From Nitrosopumilus sp. (GTDB lineage: Archaea; Thermoproteota; Nitrososphaeria; Nitrososphaerales; Nitrosopumilaceae), in assembly GCA_965249555.1 (NCBI GenBank), contig OZ252243.1:768001-832000 (forward strand): a stretch of 64,000 bases of DNA, read 5' to 3'. Below, in pieces: positions 58,910 to 64,000 of this stretch; the first letter of the stretch is position 1, and each line of letters opens with the position of its first letter. A program made the translations under genes and the position numbers. Below the pieces are notes generated by a model. The model did not search any database and was not told the DNA's origin. It worked only from the letters and a program-made list of their open reading frames with translations.

Positions 58910-60325
58910 ATGACCAAGCTAGTAGTAATCAAATTTGGTGGAAGCGCAATAGGCCCAGATGGAGCATCCATTACAGAAATTGTTAAGCGAATTAATGATT
59001 TGAAGAAAGATTCCAAGGTAATTGCTGTTTTTTCAGCTCCATTAACAATGCATGATGGAAAAAAATGTTCTCTTACGGATGTGGTTTTAGAGCAAGGAGA
59101 AAATGCAGAGAATGGAAAAACCCCATCCCTGGATATTGTGAAATCAACTTATCAAAAAATTCTAGAAATGGTAAGTGCAGAAAATAAAGATAATTGTCAA
59201 AATACTATTAATTCACATTTAGAAAAGGCACAAAAAGCACTAGACGAAGCAGTTGAAAGTAAAGAATTTGCAGAGGAGATGCGTTCAAGGGCATTAGCAT
59301 TTTCAGGTGAGATTTTGATGTCTCATGTGATGAACCACATTCTAAAAAGTAATGGCATAAAGACAGATGCCGTAGGATTTGATGATTGGCCAATTATCAC
59401 AGATAACAACATAGAATCAACAAATTTTCTTACATCTGAATCCAGAGAAAGGATGGATAAAACAGTGGAATTACTGGAAGCAAATGAAGTAGTTACAATT
59501 GGCGGATTTATCGGAAAAACAGTAGATGGCGTTACAACTACATATGAGCGAGGAGGCTCAGATAGAACTGCCGCAGATCTAGGAATATTATTTCATAAAA
59601 AATATGAAACCAGCATAGACTTTGAGAAAGACAGCGCAGTAGTTTCTGCAGATCCAAAAATTGTGGCATCACGATTAAGTGAGGTATTTCAATTGTCATA
59701 CAATGAAGCCAGATTGGCAGGAATGTTTGGAATGAAAATTTTAGATCCCATTGCAATAAAGGAGATTGTAGAAAATGGAATAGATATGCCAATTACCATT
59801 ACAAACATGAAAAATCCGGAAAAAACAACTACAATAAAGAGAGTATTAGATGAACAAAAGGGGCATCCAATTAAGATAGTTACAGGAAAAGAAAATTGTG
59901 CAATTTTTAGAATTGAAACAAGCTGTATTCAAAAATTGTTAACATCATTAGAAAAGGACAAACGTTACAGTGAATTTGTAATTTTATCACCATTTACAAA
60001 AGATGGAATTGAATTTTCCAGAATATTGTTCTTAGATGGGGATTATGTTAAAAGAAATGAAAAATATTTGTTAGGATTTGATTCTCTTGCTACAATTACA
60101 TACAACAGAGGAGTAATAACGTTAATTGGAGATGAGATGTGGAGGGTTCAACAAGTTGTTTCAAGAACTAGTACAAAGATTGGTGAGTCAGGATTAAACA
60201 TTTTGAATATAGATGCACAAGAAGAGACATCACGAATAATCATTGTTGTAGAAGATGCAGAAAATAACATTAGCAAGGCCATTAATGCAGTACACGAAGA
60301 GATTTCAAAGATTGATTTTGTTTAA
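58910..60325 (+). CDS. lysC: Aspartate kinase
   Basis: VIKFGGS, GGFIG, RGGSD.TAA, SADPK, LSYNEA, C-terminal ACT domain. Confidence 0.92.
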   Translation: MTKLVVIKFGGSAIGPDGASITEIVKRINDLKKDSKVIAVFSAPLTMHDGKKCSLTDVVLEQGENAENGKTPSLDIVKSTYQKILEMVSAENKDNCQNTINSHLEKAQKALDEAVESKEFAEEMRSRALAFSGEILMSHVMNHILKSNGIKTDAVGFDDWPIITDNNIESTNFLTSESRERMDKTVELLEANEVVTIGGFIGKTVDGVTTTYERGGSDRTAADLGILFHKKYETSIDFEKDSAVVSADPKIVASRLSEVFQLSYNEARLAGMFGMKILDPIAIKEIVENGIDMPITITNMKNPEKTTTIKRVLDEQKGHPIKIVTGKENCAIFRIETSCIQKLLTSLEKDKRYSEFVILSPFTKDGIEFSRILFLDGDYVKRNEKYLLGFDSLATITYNRGVITLIGDEMWRVQQVVSRTSTKIGESGLNILNIDAQEETSRIIIVVEDAENNISKAINAVHEEISKIDFV

Positions 60326-60475
60326 TGAAAAGAGTGGCGTTACGGGCTTTCACCTGTAAACGCCATCATGGGTTTGTTCTTGGACCATTATCTAGATTTA
60401 GTCCGGCGTTACCCAAAACACGCGATACCATACATTGAATTTTCTAGTATTTAGAGCTGATCTATATAGTTCAGA

Positions 60476-60682
60476 TTAGGCACGCTCGGCTGCATACCAT
60501 AGGACTATTCCAATACCAATTAGTGCATACCACTTGAAGTTTTTCTTATTCATGAAAGTATTTGCAGAGCCTAATTCACCATCTTTGGACGTACTCAAGT
60601 GAATCTTTCTCATTTCAAATGCCTGACCAACTAAGCCTATTGCAAGAAGGATGATTGCTGCAAAACCCAAAGTCCACTCCAT
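60476..60682 (-). CDS. Small 2-TM membrane protein
   Basis: 68 aa with two hydrophobic helices. Confidence 0.72.
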   Translation of the reverse strand: MEWTLGFAAIILLAIGLVGQAFEMRKIHLSTSKDGELGSANTFMNKKNFKWYALIGIGIVLWYAAERA

Positions 60683-60779
60683 ACTAGAATTTGTGGTTTA
60701 TCAAATATGTAGTTTCTAAATTCAGAAAAAATGCATTAAAAGATAATTCTTTAAATTAGCAGAGTTTTTTCTCTCTCCT

Positions 60780-61694
60780 ATGAAAGAGACTGGCAAAATA
60801 TGGATGAATGGAAAACTAGTGCCATTCAAAGATGCCAAAGTTCATGTACTAACTCATGCATTACACTATTCAACGTCAGTCTTTGAGGGAATCAGATGCT
60901 ATAACACGCCAAATGGTTCTGCAATATTCAGACTACCAGAACATGTTGATAGATTATTCAAATCTGCAAAGTTGTATTCAATGAAAATGCAGTTCTCAAA
61001 AAAAGAAATTTCAAATGCCATAATAAAGACTGTAAAGACAAGTAGACTCGAAGAATGCTACATTAGACCATTAGCATACTATGGTTATGGAACAATGGGA
61101 CTAACTCCTACTCAAAACAAAGTGGATGTTTCAATTGCATGTTGGGAATGGAGAATGGGAGAATCAAAAGCAGGAAAGTTCTCCGGAGCAAAATGCAAAG
61201 TATCAAGTTGGGTGAAAATTGATTCAAGATCTCAACCAATGCAAGCAAAAGCAGCAGCAAACTATTCAAATGCAGCACTTGCAAGAATGGAAGCATTAGA
61301 AAATGGATATGACGAAGCAATTATGTTAAATTCACAAGGAAAGATCGCAGAAGGAAGTGCTGAAAATATCTTCATTGTAAAAGATGACATCATTCAAACA
61401 CCACCACTATCAGCAGGAGGATTGGGGGGAATAACAAGAGACAGTATTATTCAAATTATTGAAGAAAATAGTGGATTTGTAATTGAGCGAGATCTAGAAA
61501 GAGATGATCTCTATACAGCTGATGAAATTTTCATGACAGGTACTGCTGCTGAGGTAAAGTCAGTGACACAGATAGACAAAGTAAAGATTGGAAATGGCAA
61601 GATGGGCAGCATTACAAAAGCATTACAAAAGTCATTTTCGGATGTTGTAATGGGCAAAGATGAAAGATTCTTGCCATGGTTGACATTTATCTGA
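60780..61694 (+). CDS. ilvE: Branched-chain amino acid aminotransferase
   Basis: HALHYSTSVFEGIR, AKAAANY, EGSAENIF, GITRDS, FMTGTAAE. Confidence 0.96.
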   Translation: MKETGKIWMNGKLVPFKDAKVHVLTHALHYSTSVFEGIRCYNTPNGSAIFRLPEHVDRLFKSAKLYSMKMQFSKKEISNAIIKTVKTSRLEECYIRPLAYYGYGTMGLTPTQNKVDVSIACWEWRMGESKAGKFSGAKCKVSSWVKIDSRSQPMQAKAAANYSNAALARMEALENGYDEAIMLNSQGKIAEGSAENIFIVKDDIIQTPPLSAGGLGGITRDSIIQIIEENSGFVIERDLERDDLYTADEIFMTGTAAEVKSVTQIDKVKIGNGKMGSITKALQKSFSDVVMGKDERFLPWLTFI

Positions 61695-61735
61695 TTTTCC
61701 ACGAAGTTTTTTACCCACAAAAATGATCAGATACC

Positions 61736-61897
61736 ATGGATTCATGCGCTACAGGTGATACTCATGAGATCTGCTGGTTTTGCAGAAAAGGACGACACCA
61801 AGACTGTATGAAAGAGATTCCAACACAAGGAAAATCAGATGGGCCACACGATTGTACTTTTGATACAAAACTCATCCCATGCAAATGTAAGCACTAA
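61736..61897 (+). CDS. Small Cys/His-rich protein, 53 aa (not in the ORF track)
   Basis: MDSCATGDTHEICWFCRKGRHQDCMKEIPTQGKSDGPHDCTFDTKLIPCKCKH; 7 Cys and 4 His; fills the intergenic gap. Confidence 0.7.
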   Translation: MDSCATGDTHEICWFCRKGRHQDCMKEIPTQGKSDGPHDCTFDTKLIPCKCKH

Positions 61898-61923
61898 ACA
61901 ACTAGTATCAAATACAGCTATGT

Positions 61924-62490
61924 TTGAAAAATTCTATGAGTTACAATAAGGAATTTTGGGACAAATATGCAAATGAGAATGAAGCAAGATACAATGAAGA
62001 ATTTACAAAATATACAAGAGATTTGGCAACTTCGTTGCGCTGCACAAGTGTTCTAGAAATTGGATGCGGGACTGGAATTGATTTAAGATTATTTCCAGAT
62101 ACATTTCAAATTCATGGAATTGATCTAAATGACAGTGCTTTGAATATAGCAAAAGAAAAAATTCCTTTTGCAAGTTTTAAGAAAGGCACTATTACAGATT
62201 TACCATTTGAGGATTCTTCAATAGATTTTGTTTTTACACATCAACTTTTGAATTATTTGGATGATGATACATTGGAGAAAGGAGTTGCAGAGATGTATAG
62301 AGTAGCTGGAAAATATATAATGAATTGTGAGAAATTTGACGAAACAGAAAAACAAATTGATGAAAATCACAAATTTCGTAACATGTACAAAAGATGGATA
62401 GATTACAAAGTAAAGATTGTAAGTAATGTAAATATGCATGAAGAGATAGAGCCTGACGAAGCTAGATTCACTCTATTAAGAAAACTGTAA
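61924..62490 (+). CDS. Class I SAM-dependent methyltransferase
   Basis: VLEIGCGTG, GIDLN, LPFEDSSIDFVF. Confidence 0.92.
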   Translation: MKNSMSYNKEFWDKYANENEARYNEEFTKYTRDLATSLRCTSVLEIGCGTGIDLRLFPDTFQIHGIDLNDSALNIAKEKIPFASFKKGTITDLPFEDSSIDFVFTHQLLNYLDDDTLEKGVAEMYRVAGKYIMNCEKFDETEKQIDENHKFRNMYKRWIDYKVKIVSNVNMHEEIEPDEARFTLLRKL

Positions 62491-62539
62491 TTTTATTTAT
62501 TTTCAAGTCGGTACAGATAACATTGATATAGATTAGTAC

Positions 62540-63169
62540 AAAAGATTGCAAAAAACCAGTATTTGCTAATGTCAGGCCAGCGAAGACTGGCTGCAATGAA
62601 GAGATTACACGCAAAGACCATATTCCTGTTCATTGTATAACAAAGAAATCTCAAATGTCACTAGAAGCCAAGGCCTCATCAGTTGTGGAGAATATTCATA
62701 GAAATGATATGAGTCACAAAGATAGTGATTGCTGCAACCATTCTAACTGAAAAGATGGGAAAGATGCAAGCTGCACAACATCTGGGCGTTACAATTGCAA
62801 CTTTATACAGATATCCTGGGTTTGGGGCAGTACCTGACTCCCTAAAGGAGTTGGTTCCAAAAATGATATCTAGAGATGATATCACAAAACTATACTTGGC
62901 AGTGCCAAACATCAGACGTGCAAAAAACATTGCAACAAAGATATAAAATTTGGATTCGCAACTAAAAAAGCACTATATCTCTTTGTTATCAAGGCATCCC
63001 AAAATGTCGCACCCTAAACTGCTCAAACTCTCAAAGAGACTAATTCGGCAAAACGTGTCAGTGAAACTATCAAAAGGTGTTAGCCAAAAAGCTAAAAGCA
63101 AAGGCAGAACGAAATGGTCTGCCTGTTAATGACATGGCAAAACAGATTCTGGCAAAGCATTTTAAATGA
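62540..63169 (+). pseudogene. ParB/Spo0J-like protein, degraded
   Basis: Joined frames give YLLMSGQRRLAAMKRL...ASSVVENIHRNDMS...AAQHLGVTIATLYRY (HTH); several frameshifts and a stop. Confidence 0.75.
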
Positions 63170-63273
63170 CAAATAATGTCGTTTTAAGATAAACTGAAAA
63201 ACAAAACTGCATCATTAAACAAATAAAGATATTCTTTCAATCCTTAAATCTCATCATCCAAGGAAAATATCAC

Positions 63274-63729
63274 ATGACATCAAACAATGAGATAGTAATG
63301 AGTCTGGATAATCAATATCTAATTGATACAAATGAGAAAATTCTCAAAAGACATTCGCAAATAAAGAAAGCAAGGGTATGGATTGAGACTACTAAGAATA
63401 TTGATGTTGTAATTCCTAAAGTAAACAGTGTTGGTAATTCTGGAAATAGAACCGAAGATTTGATTGAAAAAGCAACATGTATAATGACTGTGATTCCTTG
63501 GGCTCAAGCATTTTTTGATGGTGATAGAAGAACTGGAATTATTGCTGCAGGTAAATTTCTACATGATAATGGGTATGAATTAGATATTGATCCAGAAGAT
63601 GAGAATTTGAAATTAAGAGACATGCTAAGTGAGATCAAGAAACATAGTCGTGACCTTGATCCAAATCTTATGGAGCAGATGTCTTTTTATATTTCAAAAA
63701 GAATCAAACCATATGAGCCCAGCAGATGA
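63274..63729 (+). CDS. Fic/Doc-family protein with degenerate motif
   Basis: EKATCIM...AQAFFDGDRRTG...FLHDNG (cf. HPFxDGNKRT). Confidence 0.78.
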   Translation: MTSNNEIVMSLDNQYLIDTNEKILKRHSQIKKARVWIETTKNIDVVIPKVNSVGNSGNRTEDLIEKATCIMTVIPWAQAFFDGDRRTGIIAAGKFLHDNGYELDIDPEDENLKLRDMLSEIKKHSRDLDPNLMEQMSFYISKRIKPYEPSR

Positions 63730-63796
63730 AAAAATAACTAATAAACTCATTGAGAAATACTCTAAACTTTTAGATGATCTCGCTACTGACGATTAA
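63713..63796 (+). CDS. 27-aa peptide, candidate Doc antitoxin (not in the ORF track)
   Basis: MSPADEKITNKLIEKYSKLLDDLATDD; overlaps the Fic stop by 17 nt. Confidence 0.45.
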   Translation: MSPADEKITNKLIEKYSKLLDDLATDD

Positions 63797-64000
63797 TTAA
63801 AGCCGTTTTCATATCTTCACACCTAAATGATTTTAATGATGCATTTTTGCTATTCATTAAGAATTACCGATACATCATAAATTCAGAGCATGACAGAAAA
63901 AGATGATAATGGTCAACCTTAAAAGAATGAATAAAGATATCAAAATCAGTAAACGAGTTTAATAGGATTCACAATAGTATTAATTTCCAAATTATCATTT

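Overview
This window comes from an ammonia-oxidising archaeon (Nitrososphaerota/Thaumarchaeota, Nitrosopumilus-like). The assignment rests on the archaeal replication and translation genes and on the adjacent ADP-forming 4-hydroxybutyrate-CoA ligase and 4-hydroxybutyryl-CoA dehydratase of the 3HP/4HB cycle. The core backbone carries GINS-MCM-Hel308, RFC, TFB, aIF6, HisRS, aIF5B-ndk-ribosomal proteins, purU, rpiA, lysC, ilvE and four tRNAs (Ser-TGA, Leu-TAG, Ala-CGC, Val-TAC). It is interrupted by several accessory pieces: (1) an intact IS66-family element with an 8-bp TSD; (2) an AT-rich island (~13.5-19.9 kb) with a three-gene operon (pentapeptide-repeat membrane protein, atypical TRAFAC GTPase, GAP1-N2/DENN-like protein), the best candidate for an undescribed system; (3) an OLD-family nuclease plus an integrase remnant at tRNA-Ala; (4) an RNase HI gene split by a ~2-kb insertion carrying a perfect 13x30-bp repeat; (5) a tRNA-Val-flanked islet; and (6) a Fic/Doc gene with a tiny candidate antitoxin beside a ParB pseudogene. 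A cluster of 10 GATC sites in 98 bp sits directly upstream of the GINS-MCM operon. Many small pseudogenes suggest ongoing gene decay. All calls come from reading motifs by eye; no database searches were run.
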